Source of the DNA: an uncultured Clostridia bacterium
GTDB lineage: Bacteria; Bacillota; Clostridia; TANB77; CAG-508
Assembly: GCA_934167305.1 (NCBI GenBank)
Contig: CAKPKQ010000004.1
Coordinates: forward strand, 3,255 to 67,254
Direction of reading: 5' to 3'
DNA length: 64,000 bases
Made by a program: the position numbers and the translations under genes. The notes beneath the pieces are model-generated. The model was given only the letters and a program-made list of their open reading frames with translations. It did no database searches and was not told the origin of the DNA. Shown here piece after piece: positions 21,663 through 31,460 of the stretch. Numbering within the stretch: the first letter of the stretch is position 1; each line of letters starts with the position of its first letter.

Positions 21663-21786
21663 TAGCTATGCAAATTACTTTGAAGATAATGCAAATCTTT
21701 GTTTTAGAGCAGATGTAAACAGGGACAAAAAAGTTGATGAAAAAGATATAAAAATGGTTGAGACCAAAGTTAAAGAAAATAACTGA
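21658..21786 (+). pseudogene. Out-of-frame (+1) continuation encoding the second dockerin-type repeat of the preceding gene
   Basis: This frame reads SDSYANYFEDNANLCFRADVNRDKKVDEKDIKMVETKVKENN*. The second DxNxDxxVDxxD loop lies at the spacing expected for a dockerin duplication. Confidence 0.6.
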
Positions 21787-21814
21787 GATATTTATAATAT
21801 CTCAGTTATTTTTA
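21781..21814. terminator. Terminator hairpin between convergent genes
   Basis: AACTGAGATAT / ATATCTCAGTT stem followed by ATTTTTAT. Confidence 0.7.
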
Positions 21815-21861
21815 TACATTATTATTAAGTTTTGATGAGTTAAGATGTAAATCAAATGTCT

Positions 21862-24060
21862 TTACTTACCTAATGTTACTTTAATTATTGAACCTTCCTC
21901 AACAGATGTTGTAGCGATTGGATCTTGGCTAACAACAACTCCTGAACCAGTAATACTGTAATTTAAATTAAGCTCCTTAAGCATTGATTTTACTTGTGAT
22001 AGTGACTTGCCTGTTAAATCAGGAACTTGCTTAGATACACGTGTATTTTCAGTTTTAGTATATAATTTAACAATAGAATTTTTTACTAATTCATAACCTT
22101 TAGTAGGGTATTGCTCTGTAACAATATCTGTTGAGTTAGCATTAGTACTTACTGTAAAACCAGCATTTTTTAATATTTTTTCTGCTTCTGCAACTGTTTT
22201 ATTTACAACATTAGGAATACTAATTGTTTTTGTTGAATTGCTATCTCCTGAATTATCTGCAGATATTTGCATATATGGTAAAATTTCTTTTAACATTTGA
22301 GCTGCAACAGGAGCTGCAACAGTATTTCCACTATAACCTTTAGGACCTTGTGGGTCATAAAGAGTAACTAATAACACGATTTCAGGGTTTTCAGTAGGGC
22401 TAATAGCAATAAATGAAGCAGTATAACCCTCATTTGTACCATAATCTGGTTCAGATGTACCTGTTTTACCAGCAATAGAATAACCTTTAATTTTTGCATA
22501 TTTGCCAGAGCCATCAGTTACAACAGTTTCCAACATATTCATCATTGTAGAAGCTGTTGTTTTAGAAATAACTTGTCTAACGGCAGTTGCATCAATAGTT
22601 GTAATTGCACCTGTATCTGAATTTTTAACTTCTTTTATTAACCTTGGTTTCATTAATACTCCGTCATTTGCCACTGCACAAACTGCAGTTATCATTTGAA
22701 GAGGAGTAATTTTAAATCTTTGACCAAACGACATTGTAGCAAGTTCGACTGGTCCAACATTTTTTAAGTCCCAAAATATTGAGTTAGATTCTCCAATTGT
22801 ATTTATTCCTGTTTTTTCAAAAAAACCATAAGCATCATAATATTTATAACTTGTATTTGCACCTATTTTTTCACTAATTTGTATAAATGCAGGGTTACAA
22901 GAAACATTAAATGCTTCACGTAAACTTTCATGTCCATGCTTAATTCTATATGCACAATTTATTGTAGTACCATATACTGTTTGGGAACCTTTACAATAAT
23001 AAACATCAGCTTTATCTGGCTCTGCTAAATTTTCTTCTAATGCAATTGAAGCTGTAATTATTTTAAAAACAGAACCAGGTTCATATGGATCTGAAATAGC
23101 ACGATTACGGAATAATTTATATATAGTATTGTATTGCTCATCTGAGCTCATTTTTTTCCAATCTTTTTCAGTTACAGAACTTGGCATTTCAAAAGGTGTA
23201 TTTAAATTGTAATCAGGGTATGTAGCCATTGCCAAAATATCTCCAGTATTTGGATCCATTGCAATTACATTACCACCACGAGTACATTTGTTATCAATAC
23301 AAGCTTGTTTTAAATATTTTTCTACAATACTTTGAATATTTGCGTCAATAGATAATGTTATATCACTACCATTTTCAGCTGGAATATAAGTTTGATTATC
23401 ATCAGGTATAAACTCTTGAATAGCATCTTGTGCAGTTGTAACTCTACCAGGAGTTCCAGTTAAAACATCATTCCATGCTTTTTCTAAGCCTTCTAGTCCA
23501 TCATTATCTGTACCACAAAATCCGATTAAAGATGATGCTAAATTATCATATGGGTAATATCTCTTGGTATCTTCACTAATATTTATTCCAGAATAAAATT
23601 TTTCTTTTTCCATCCATTCTTGTAGTTTATCAACTTTATCTTTTTCAACTTTTCTAGCTATTGTAATATAATCTGAATCACTAGAAACTTTTGCCAAAGT
23701 TTCTTCATAGTCTAATTCAAAAATCTCAGAAAGAGTTTTTGAAAGATTTTCTTTTAGAGTTTTTGTTTTACTTTCATCAATTTTTTTGTCAGAATCTAAA
23801 ACTACAATAGATGTTGGAACTATACTAATTGTATCAACATCAGCGCTTATTGCTAAAGCTTTTCCAGTAGAGTCATATATTGTTCCCCTTTTGGGGCTAA
23901 TTGTACGACTTGTTATTAATTGATTATACATTTGCTTTTTCAGGTCAGAGCCCTTAACAAATTGTAAATATGCCAAACGAATAACAAGTAAAAGCATAAG
24001 AACATATATAGTAGTTCTAGTTCTTTTTATTTTTTGGGACATATTAATAGGTCTTTTCAT
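21862..24060 (-). CDS. Class B penicillin-binding protein (FtsI/SpoVD/PBP2B-type transpeptidase) with two C-terminal PASTA domains
   Basis: N-terminal TM anchor, dimerisation and transpeptidase domains (active-site-type SVFK, and KTGT). Two PASTA-like repeats (IPNVVNKTVAEAEKILKNAGF, VPDLTGKSLSQVKSMLKELNL). Confidence 0.9.
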   Translation of the reverse strand: MKRPINMSQKIKRTRTTIYVLMLLLVIRLAYLQFVKGSDLKKQMYNQLITSRTISPKRGTIYDSTGKALAISADVDTISIVPTSIVVLDSDKKIDESKTKTLKENLSKTLSEIFELDYEETLAKVSSDSDYITIARKVEKDKVDKLQEWMEKEKFYSGINISEDTKRYYPYDNLASSLIGFCGTDNDGLEGLEKAWNDVLTGTPGRVTTAQDAIQEFIPDDNQTYIPAENGSDITLSIDANIQSIVEKYLKQACIDNKCTRGGNVIAMDPNTGDILAMATYPDYNLNTPFEMPSSVTEKDWKKMSSDEQYNTIYKLFRNRAISDPYEPGSVFKIITASIALEENLAEPDKADVYYCKGSQTVYGTTINCAYRIKHGHESLREAFNVSCNPAFIQISEKIGANTSYKYYDAYGFFEKTGINTIGESNSIFWDLKNVGPVELATMSFGQRFKITPLQMITAVCAVANDGVLMKPRLIKEVKNSDTGAITTIDATAVRQVISKTTASTMMNMLETVVTDGSGKYAKIKGYSIAGKTGTSEPDYGTNEGYTASFIAISPTENPEIVLLVTLYDPQGPKGYSGNTVAAPVAAQMLKEILPYMQISADNSGDSNSTKTISIPNVVNKTVAEAEKILKNAGFTVSTNANSTDIVTEQYPTKGYELVKNSIVKLYTKTENTRVSKQVPDLTGKSLSQVKSMLKELNLNYSITGSGVVVSQDPIATTSVEEGSIIKVTLGK

Positions 24061-24072
24061 TAGTCCTCCAAA

Positions 24073-25032
24073 TTAAATTCTTAATTTTTTAATAATTTTA
24101 ATTTCATCATATAATTGTTCGATTAAATGATTTTTGCTTTTAAGAGCTTCTCTATATTCGTCCAAAATTTGCTTGTAATTATCCATGCTTTCACCTTGTT
24201 GAAACAAAAGTGTCATTCCTTCATGATAATAATTTTTGGTTTTCTCATTATGAGAAGCATCAGCTTTTTTTTGATAATTTTCAATTAATTCTAAACGTTT
24301 AATTTGATTTTTTAAGTATTCAACATAATCCATAACACCACTAATTTCATATAGTGTATCATCAATAACTACTTTAAATAATTGCTTTAAAATAGCGCCA
24401 TTTATTTTGCCAGTTTTTTCTTTAGAACTTAATTGATCTAATGCAACAAACCTAGGGTCAGGTTGAGCGTCTTTTACTAAATCTTTTAAAGTAGCTGAAA
24501 TATTAACGTGTGTTGTATACTGCCTTTTAGTAACAATTGCATCATATTCATCTGCAACACGAACAATTTGAGCACCATAAGGAATGTCTTTTTTCTTAAG
24601 ACCATTAGGGTAGCCTGTACCATCTAATGCTTCATGATGATCCAAAGGAAATAAAGCATATGGGCGAAGCTTAACATCACTCATACACAAATTATAACCA
24701 AGTGTGGTATGTGTTTTCATAACTTCAAATTCTTCATCTGTTAATCTATCTGGTTTATTTAAAATTTCAGGTGGTATAAACATTTTACCAACATCATGTA
24801 AATATCCGCCGATTGTACAGTGAACAATAAATGATTTTTTACATCTTAAATATTCACAAAGTCTACAACATAAATTGGCAACATTTTCACTATGTCTTTT
24901 AGTAAATGGGTCTAGTTTACCTAAAACATCTAATTGATAACGAATAATTTGATCTAAATTATAAGATTTTAAATTAATTGGACTGTAAAAGTCAAACTTA
25001 TTTTCAAACATGTATCTCTCCTTAAAATTCAT
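24073..25032 (-). CDS. HD-GYP domain protein (putative c-di-GMP phosphodiesterase)
   Basis: HDVGK and HHEALDGTGYP motifs. The C-terminal part looks like a coiled coil. Confidence 0.85.
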   Translation of the reverse strand: MNFKERYMFENKFDFYSPINLKSYNLDQIIRYQLDVLGKLDPFTKRHSENVANLCCRLCEYLRCKKSFIVHCTIGGYLHDVGKMFIPPEILNKPDRLTDEEFEVMKTHTTLGYNLCMSDVKLRPYALFPLDHHEALDGTGYPNGLKKKDIPYGAQIVRVADEYDAIVTKRQYTTHVNISATLKDLVKDAQPDPRFVALDQLSSKEKTGKINGAILKQLFKVVIDDTLYEISGVMDYVEYLKNQIKRLELIENYQKKADASHNEKTKNYYHEGMTLLFQQGESMDNYKQILDEYREALKSKNHLIEQLYDEIKIIKKLRI

Positions 25033-25167
25033 TTGTAATAACTATGTTAATAATACTACAAAACAAAATAAAAGGCAATAAATTTTACTTGAAAAAAAAC
25101 AATAATACCTATATAATACATATATAAATAAAATGATAGTGTTAAGTAGTTTATGAAAAATTGTAGC

Positions 25168-25184
25168 GGAGCACAGTGTGCTCC
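25168..25184. promoter_or_regulatory. Perfect 17-nt palindrome in a divergent promoter region (candidate operator)
   Basis: GGAGCACA G TGTGCTCC. It is G+C-rich within a very A+T-rich spacer. Confidence 0.35.
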
Positions 25185-25223
25185 ACAAAACTATCTAAAA
25201 AATAAAATCATGGGAGAATTAAA

Positions 25224-25709
25224 ATGAAAAAACAAAATGGATTAACATTATTAAGTACAATAGTTTTAGTTTTACTAATTGCATTTATAGTTTTTGGAGT
25301 TATATATTTTATTAGAATTCAAACACAAAAGGAACAACTAGAAGACTTAAAAACAGATATATTATTAGTTCAAGCAAAAGTTAGAAAACTTTCAGCAGAT
25401 TATATACTAGAAAAAAAGGAAGAAGTTTTAGTAGGAACTAAAATTTCAGAAATGAAAGAAAATGAAACTATTAAAGAGTTTTTAGAAAAAAATTCAATTG
25501 ATACAGAAGAAAAAGAAAAAAAATATTATGTATTAAATCAAGATGATTTAAATAACCTTGAATTGACAAAAGTAAAGTTAGAGCCAAATTCATACTATAT
25601 TGTGGAATATACAGATGGCAATGTATATTACACAAAAGGTGTAGAACATACTGATGGAAATAGCTACTATGATGTAAATAATATTGAAGAATTAAAATTA
25701 GAACAATAA
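25224..25709 (+). CDS. Hypothetical protein with a prepilin-like N-terminus
   Basis: MKKQNG/LTLLSTIVLVLLIAFIVFG resembles a class III signal peptide. No further recognisable domain. Confidence 0.45.
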   Translation: MKKQNGLTLLSTIVLVLLIAFIVFGVIYFIRIQTQKEQLEDLKTDILLVQAKVRKLSADYILEKKEEVLVGTKISEMKENETIKEFLEKNSIDTEEKEKKYYVLNQDDLNNLELTKVKLEPNSYYIVEYTDGNVYYTKGVEHTDGNSYYDVNNIEELKLEQ

Positions 25710-25723
25710 AAAGGAATACTAAA

Positions 25724-26386
25724 ATGAAGGAAAAAGAACTAGAAAGACTAACAAATTTAAAAAAAGTTGAAGAAGAATTATATAATGAAAAAGGGTTAAA
25801 AGCTATTGCAGGAATAGATGAAGCAGGAAGAGGACCATTAGCTGGGCCAGTTGTAGTTGCGTGCAGTTTAATGCCAAGAGATTCTATGATAGAAGGAGTT
25901 AATGATTCTAAAAAAATATCAGAGAAAAAAAGAGAAATGTTATATGAAAAAATAACAAATGAAGCTATTAGCTATGGAATAGGAATTATTAGTCAACAAG
26001 AAATTGATGAAATAAATATTTTACAAGCAACAAAAAAAGGGCTAACAGAGGCAATAAAAGATATGGAAAGTAAATTAGCAGAAAAACCGGAATTAGGTAT
26101 TATAAAGCCAGACGCAATTTTGGTTGATGCTTTAACAAAAATTGATACAGATGGGATACCATATAAATCAATAATACATGGAGATGCAATAAGTTATTCA
26201 ATAGCTTGTGCTTCAATAATTGCAAAAGTAACAAGGGACAGAATAATGAGACAATGGGATGAAATATATCCTCAATATGGTTTTGCAAAACATAAAGGGT
26301 ATGGGACAGCGGAGCATATTAAAGCTTTAAAAGAGTACGGACCATGTGCTTTACATAGGGCAAGTTTTATTAAAAACTTTATTTAA
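25724..26386 (+). CDS. rnhB: Ribonuclease HII
   Basis: GIDEAGRGPLAGPVV active-site motif. Confidence 0.95.
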   Translation: MKEKELERLTNLKKVEEELYNEKGLKAIAGIDEAGRGPLAGPVVVACSLMPRDSMIEGVNDSKKISEKKREMLYEKITNEAISYGIGIISQQEIDEINILQATKKGLTEAIKDMESKLAEKPELGIIKPDAILVDALTKIDTDGIPYKSIIHGDAISYSIACASIIAKVTRDRIMRQWDEIYPQYGFAKHKGYGTAEHIKALKEYGPCALHRASFIKNFI

Positions 26387-26412
26387 TTTATTGTAAAAAG
26401 GATGAAATTAAA

Positions 26413-27711
26413 ATGGATATTTTAGAAATTATAGCTAAAAAAAGAGATAAACAAAAGTTAAGCAAACAAGAAATTGAATATTTTGTTGAGAATTATACAA
26501 ATGGGAATATTGCAGATTATCAAGCATCAGCACTAGCAATGGCAATTTATTTAAATGGAATGGATGAAGAAGAAACAACAGACTTAACTTTAGCAATGGC
26601 ACATTCGGGTGATATTTTAGATTTATCAGAATTAGGAACAGTTGTTGATAAACACAGTACAGGTGGAATAGGAGATAAAGTAACACTTATTTTAGCTCCA
26701 ATAATTGCATCACTTGGCATTCCAGTAGCTAAAATGTCTGGAAGAGGGCTAGGCTATACAGGAGGAACAATTGATAAGCTTGAAGCTATACCAGGTTATA
26801 ATACTAGTCTTACAATAGACCAGTTTATAAAAAACGTAAAGGAAATAGGAATTGCACTTATGGGGCAAACACTAAACTTAGCACCAGCAGATAAAAAATT
26901 ATATGCGTTAAGAGATACTACATCAACAACTGAAAGTATACCACTTATTGCTTCTAGTATAATGAGCAAAAAGATAGCTGCAGGAGCAAATAAAATAGTG
27001 CTTGATGTTACATGTGGAAGCGGAGCTTTTATGAAAAATATTGAAACTGCTACTAAGCTTGCTGAAACCATGAAAAAAATTGGTGAACTAGCTAAAAAAG
27101 AAACTACATGTGTAATTACAAATATGAATGAGCCTTTAGGAAAGGCAATAGGAAATTCATTAGAAGTAATTGAGGCAATAGAGTTTTTAAAAGGGAATAT
27201 GCAACCAGATGTAAAAGAAGTAATATTAACACTTGGCGCATATATGATAAAACTTGCTGGTAAAGGTGAAGATATAGAAGATAACAAACAAAAAATGTTG
27301 GAGCAAATTCAAAACGGAAAAGCTTTTGCAAAATTAGAACAATGGATACAAAAACAGGGTGGAGATATTAGTTACTTAGAAAACACAGAAAAGTTTGAAA
27401 AGGCTAAATATGTAATTCCTGTTATAGCAGATAGAAGCGGATATGTGAAAAGCTTAGATGCACAAGAAATAGGCAAAGCATCAATGAATTTAGGCGCTGG
27501 TAGAAAGAAAAAAGAAGACAATATAGATTTTTCAGTTGGAATTATATTAGAAAAGAAAACAGGAAACAAAGTTGAAAAAGGAGAAAACATAGCTTTTGTT
27601 TATGCTAATAATGAAAAATTAGGGCAAGAAATTTCTCAAGATATATTAAATGCATACACAATTGTTGATGAAATTGTGGAAAAGAAGCAAGATATTTTAA
27701 AAATAGTGTAA
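26413..27711 (+). CDS. pdp: Pyrimidine-nucleoside (thymidine) phosphorylase
   Basis: KHSTGGIGDK and SGRGLGYTGGTIDKLE motifs. Confidence 0.93.
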   Translation: MDILEIIAKKRDKQKLSKQEIEYFVENYTNGNIADYQASALAMAIYLNGMDEEETTDLTLAMAHSGDILDLSELGTVVDKHSTGGIGDKVTLILAPIIASLGIPVAKMSGRGLGYTGGTIDKLEAIPGYNTSLTIDQFIKNVKEIGIALMGQTLNLAPADKKLYALRDTTSTTESIPLIASSIMSKKIAAGANKIVLDVTCGSGAFMKNIETATKLAETMKKIGELAKKETTCVITNMNEPLGKAIGNSLEVIEAIEFLKGNMQPDVKEVILTLGAYMIKLAGKGEDIEDNKQKMLEQIQNGKAFAKLEQWIQKQGGDISYLENTEKFEKAKYVIPVIADRSGYVKSLDAQEIGKASMNLGAGRKKKEDNIDFSVGIILEKKTGNKVEKGENIAFVYANNEKLGQEISQDILNAYTIVDEIVEKKQDILKIV

Positions 27712-27736
27712 AAAAAGTTAATATGAAAAAAATTGA

Positions 27737-27770
27737 CACGTTTTTAAATAAAAAACGTGCCAAATTTTTT
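27737..27770. terminator. Terminator hairpin between convergent genes
   Basis: CACGTTTTT / AAAAACGTG stem followed by a T-run. Confidence 0.65.
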
Positions 27771-27784
27771 GGCCTACATTGATA

Positions 27785-28030
27785 TTATAAAGATATCGTT
27801 TTATTTACAAAATTACTAAATTGCTCTTGTGATAAAAAGCGATTTAAATTTTTATTTGAAATACCAGTATTTGAAGCTATATCTTCTAAATTAAGATTAG
27901 TATTTGAATTTTCCATAATAAAATTTTCTAATCTACTCATTTCTAATTGATCTTTTTGAAGGCAACTAGGGCAAGTATTTCCCTCTGACATAAAAAAACC
28001 TCCACAACGACTACATCTATTAAAATTCAT
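27785..28030 (-). CDS. Small zinc-ribbon + HTH protein (YvyF/TIGR03826-like architecture)
   Basis: CSRCGG...CPSC zinc ribbon, then an HTH-like LEDIASNTGISNKNLNRFL. The ATG at 28030 follows a GGAGG RBS. Confidence 0.5.
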   Translation of the reverse strand: MNFNRCSRCGGFFMSEGNTCPSCLQKDQLEMSRLENFIMENSNTNLNLEDIASNTGISNKNLNRFLSQEQFSNFVNKTISL

Positions 28031-28213
28031 AACAATTACCTCCATTCATTTGTGACAAAAACATTATAACACATACTTTGACAAAAAACTACAAAAAAAT
28101 AAAAAAATAGTTATAAAGTAAAAAATGGTAAATCAAAAAAATACTTGAATATTATGAAAACTTGTGTAATAATTAAATGGAATATGAAGAGATGATTAAT
28201 GTGAGGGGATTAT

Positions 28214-29362
28214 ATGAATAGTAACAAAGCATATAAAATATGTATGGCAATTATAATATTTGTAATTACATTTATAATGAGCTCTACTTGTTATGCAGAT
28301 ACTCAAAGAATAACAAATGATTTTGAAATAAGTTCAAATTCTGTTAATTTAGATGAGGTTACATATGGATGCAGTGAAGAGAAAAACGGGAAAACTATAT
28401 CATTATTAGTTAGTGCAAAAAAATATAATTTACCATCAAATTTATATAAATATAAAAGTGACGTTCGTTTAAGAGTAACATATACAGAAAATGACCAAAA
28501 TGTATATGACTGTAAAGTTGTAAATTATAAAACAGGAGCAGTAATTGAAAATGCAACTGATGAAACTATACAGCAGTTATTTGATATTGAGTACGGAAAA
28601 ACTATTAAAGATAATACATGGACTGATAAGGTAAAAATATCTGAGCTTACTCAAGGTACTATTTACAAATATACAGCAGATACTGCTACTCAATTTCCTG
28701 AAATAGAAAATGATACATCAAAAAATTGCTTGGTTTATATTAAACAAAAAAATGATGATAGTTATGAAAATAAAATATACATGGGGAAAAAAATTGCAAG
28801 TTCTGCAGCATCAATGTCATCAAATGAATATAATTCAGGAGATTCATTTAAGATTATGTATAAAGAACTTACAACAAGTGAGTTGCTAAAATTAATAAAA
28901 CAAGAAGAAATTATTTATTTGAGCAAATATAAAAATGGAGATAAATTGCAATATCAATTTGAAAAGTACATATATAATGACACAGATAAAGAAATAACAG
29001 TTAATACAAAAGATGTTGTAGTTTCAGGAGCTGAAGATACTAAGACAGTTGTAATTGGTAAAGGCGAAATTTACGGATTTGATTGGATGATTGATTCAGC
29101 AACTATTAGTTATATTGAAACAATTAATAACAATGAACAAAATAATCAAAATAATCAAAATAACCAAGCAGGTGGAAATGAAAACACAAATAATCAAGCA
29201 AACCAGACAAATCAACAGACACAAAATGGAGATGGTGGAGCAGAAGGTTCTAACTTACCTAAAACAGGAATTTCAGATTCTATAGTTTTTATAATTTTAG
29301 TTGTTCTTATTGTAACAATTATAATTGGAAGAAAATTAAGAAACCTTAATGGTATAGAATAA
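28214..29362 (+). CDS. LPXTG cell-wall-anchored surface protein
   Basis: Signal peptide, Asn/Gln-rich low-complexity stalk, LPKTG followed by a hydrophobic segment and a basic tail. Confidence 0.85.
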   Translation: MNSNKAYKICMAIIIFVITFIMSSTCYADTQRITNDFEISSNSVNLDEVTYGCSEEKNGKTISLLVSAKKYNLPSNLYKYKSDVRLRVTYTENDQNVYDCKVVNYKTGAVIENATDETIQQLFDIEYGKTIKDNTWTDKVKISELTQGTIYKYTADTATQFPEIENDTSKNCLVYIKQKNDDSYENKIYMGKKIASSAASMSSNEYNSGDSFKIMYKELTTSELLKLIKQEEIIYLSKYKNGDKLQYQFEKYIYNDTDKEITVNTKDVVVSGAEDTKTVVIGKGEIYGFDWMIDSATISYIETINNNEQNNQNNQNNQAGGNENTNNQANQTNQQTQNGDGGAEGSNLPKTGISDSIVFIILVVLIVTIIIGRKLRNLNGIE

Positions 29363-29381
29363 TTTATAATAAAAAATACTT

Positions 29382-29410
29382 AAAAAGTGTTGCAATCGCA
29401 ACACTTTTTT
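29382..29410 (+). terminator. rho-independent terminator
   Basis: AAAAAGTGTTGC / GCAACACTTTTT stem with a T-run. Confidence 0.85.
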
Positions 29411-29532
29411 GATATAATAATATACGTTGAAAAATACACACATATTGTTAGTGTAAAAAGAGTGCTTGTATATACAAGTCTTTTTATATGATTGAAGCAG
29501 TATGGAGGAAAAACTAAAAGGAGGAAAGAAAA

Positions 29533-30375
29533 ATGGCAGTAGTTGCAATGAAACAATTACTTGAAGCTGGTGTTCACTTTGGACATCAAACAAGAAGATG
29601 GGATCCTAAAATGGCTGAATATATATTCCAAGCTAGAAATGGTATCCATATCATCGACTTACAAAAAACATCTAAAAAATTAGATGAAGCTTATGCATTC
29701 TTAAAAGAACAAGCAGAAGCTGGAAAAACAGTTCTATTTGTAGGAACTAAAAAACAAGCACAAGAATGTGTTAAAGAAGCTGCAGAAAAATGCGGTATGT
29801 ACTATGTAAATCAAAGATGGTTAGGTGGTACATTAACAAACTTCACAACAATTAGAAAAAGAATTGGAAGATTACTAGAACTTGAAAAAATGCAAGAAGA
29901 CGGTACTTTCGAAGTATTACCTAAAAAGGAAGTTATTTTATTAAAGAAAGAAATGGAAAAACTAGAAAAGAACCTAGGTGGAATTAAAGAAATGACAGAA
30001 CTACCAGGAGTTATGTTTATAGTTGATCCTAAAAAAGAAAGAATAGGAATATTAGAAGCTAAAAAGTTAGGTATTCCAGTAATAGGTTTAGTAGATACTA
30101 ACTGTAACCCAGAAGACCTAGATTACCCAATCCCAGGAAATGACGATGCTATTCGTGCAGTTAAATTAATTGCAGATTGTATGGCAAATGCAGTTATTGA
30201 AGGAAAACAAGGTGAATCTATGGAAGTTGCTGAAGAAGTTGTAGAAGAAGCTACAGAACCTACAGATATGGAAGAAGTAGTTGCTACTGAAGAAGCTCCA
30301 GCAGAAGAAGTTGCAGAAGTAGAAAAACCAAAAAAGATAAGAAAAAAAGCTACTACAGAAGAAGTAGCAGAATAA
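29533..30375 (+). CDS. rpsB: 30S ribosomal protein S2 (with acidic C-terminal extension)
   Basis: [22 protein letters not shown] is the canonical N-terminus. Confidence 0.97.
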   Translation: MAVVAMKQLLEAGVHFGHQTRRWDPKMAEYIFQARNGIHIIDLQKTSKKLDEAYAFLKEQAEAGKTVLFVGTKKQAQECVKEAAEKCGMYYVNQRWLGGTLTNFTTIRKRIGRLLELEKMQEDGTFEVLPKKEVILLKKEMEKLEKNLGGIKEMTELPGVMFIVDPKKERIGILEAKKLGIPVIGLVDTNCNPEDLDYPIPGNDDAIRAVKLIADCMANAVIEGKQGESMEVAEEVVEEATEPTDMEEVVATEEAPAEEVAEVEKPKKIRKKATTEEVAE

Positions 30376-30463
30376 TATAAAATATTATTTTAAGAAGGAT
30401 GTACTTATTCTTAAAAAGTAAGGATAAAAAGTACATCCTTTAATAAAAGAAGGAGGATTTTTT

Positions 30464-31345
30464 ATGATTACTGCAGAACAAGTAAAACAATTAAGAGAAA
30501 AAACAGGTGCAGGAATGATGGACTGCAAAAAAGTATTAACAGAAACTAATGGAGATGAAGAAAAAGCAATTGAACTTTTACGTGAAAGAGGAATTGCAAA
30601 AGCTGCTAAAAAATCAGACAGAATTGCAGCAGAAGGTTTAGTTACAACATATGTAACAGATGATAAAAAAGTTGGAGTTGTAGTTGAAGTTAATGCTGAA
30701 ACAGACTTCGTTGCTAAAAATGAAGAATTTAGAAGCTTTGTAGCAGATGTTGCAAAACAAGTTGCTGAAAAAAATCCAGCTACAGTAGAAGAATTATTAG
30801 AACAACCTTCAATTGTAGAACCAGATAAAACAGTTAAAGATGTATTAACAAATAAAATTGCTACAATTGGTGAAAATATGTCAATTCGTAGATTTGAAAG
30901 ATTTGAATCAAATGGTTTAATAGAAAGCTATATCCATGGAGATGGAAAAATTGGTGTTTTAGTTGAATTAGAAGGTGGAGACAGCACATTAGCAAAAGAT
31001 ATTTGTATGCAAATAGCTGCTGCTAAACCAGAATACCTAGATAGAGAAAGTGTTCCAGCTGACAGAGTAGCACATGAAATGGAAATTTTAAAAGCACAAG
31101 CTGTTAATGAAGGAAAACCAGAAGCAGTTGCTGAAAAAATAGTACAAGGAAGAATTGGAAAATTCTACGGAGAAATTTGTTTAGTAGAGCAAGATTTCGT
31201 AAAAGATCCAGATCAAAAAGTTGGAAAATTAGTTGAATCTAAAGGTGCAAAAATTATTAGATTTGCTAGATTTGAAAAAGGTGAAGGATTACAAAAAAGA
31301 GAAGAAAACTTTGCTGAAGAAGTAGCAAAACAAATTAATGGATAG
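30464..31345 (+). CDS. tsf: Elongation factor Ts
   Basis: VKQLREKTGAGMMDCKKVL UBA-like N-terminus; lies downstream of rpsB. Confidence 0.97.
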   Translation: MITAEQVKQLREKTGAGMMDCKKVLTETNGDEEKAIELLRERGIAKAAKKSDRIAAEGLVTTYVTDDKKVGVVVEVNAETDFVAKNEEFRSFVADVAKQVAEKNPATVEELLEQPSIVEPDKTVKDVLTNKIATIGENMSIRRFERFESNGLIESYIHGDGKIGVLVELEGGDSTLAKDICMQIAAAKPEYLDRESVPADRVAHEMEILKAQAVNEGKPEAVAEKIVQGRIGKFYGEICLVEQDFVKDPDQKVGKLVESKGAKIIRFARFEKGEGLQKREENFAEEVAKQING

Positions 31346-31353
31346 TTATAAAT

Positions 31354-31390
31354 GAGTAATTTGAAATATATTTCAAATTACTCGTTTTTT
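31354..31390 (+). terminator. rho-independent terminator of tsf
   Basis: GAGTAATTTGAAAT / ATTTCAAATTACTC stem followed by a T-run. Confidence 0.85.
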
Positions 31391-31460
31391 ATTACTATAC
31401 CCTTGTTTATACATAGTAAATTTGATATAATGCGAATAAATATAAAAGGCTGGTGGTAAA

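Noticed and set aside
21645-21665. Programmed ribosomal frameshift joining the two dockerin repeats
   Set aside because: There is no slippery heptamer and no stimulatory structure at the junction (CAACGGTGTATCTGATAGC). A mutation or sequencing error is the simpler explanation.
29091-29285. 64-aa ORF inside the LPXTG gene
   Set aside because: It is an alternative frame of the Asn/Gln low-complexity repeat and has no independent signals.
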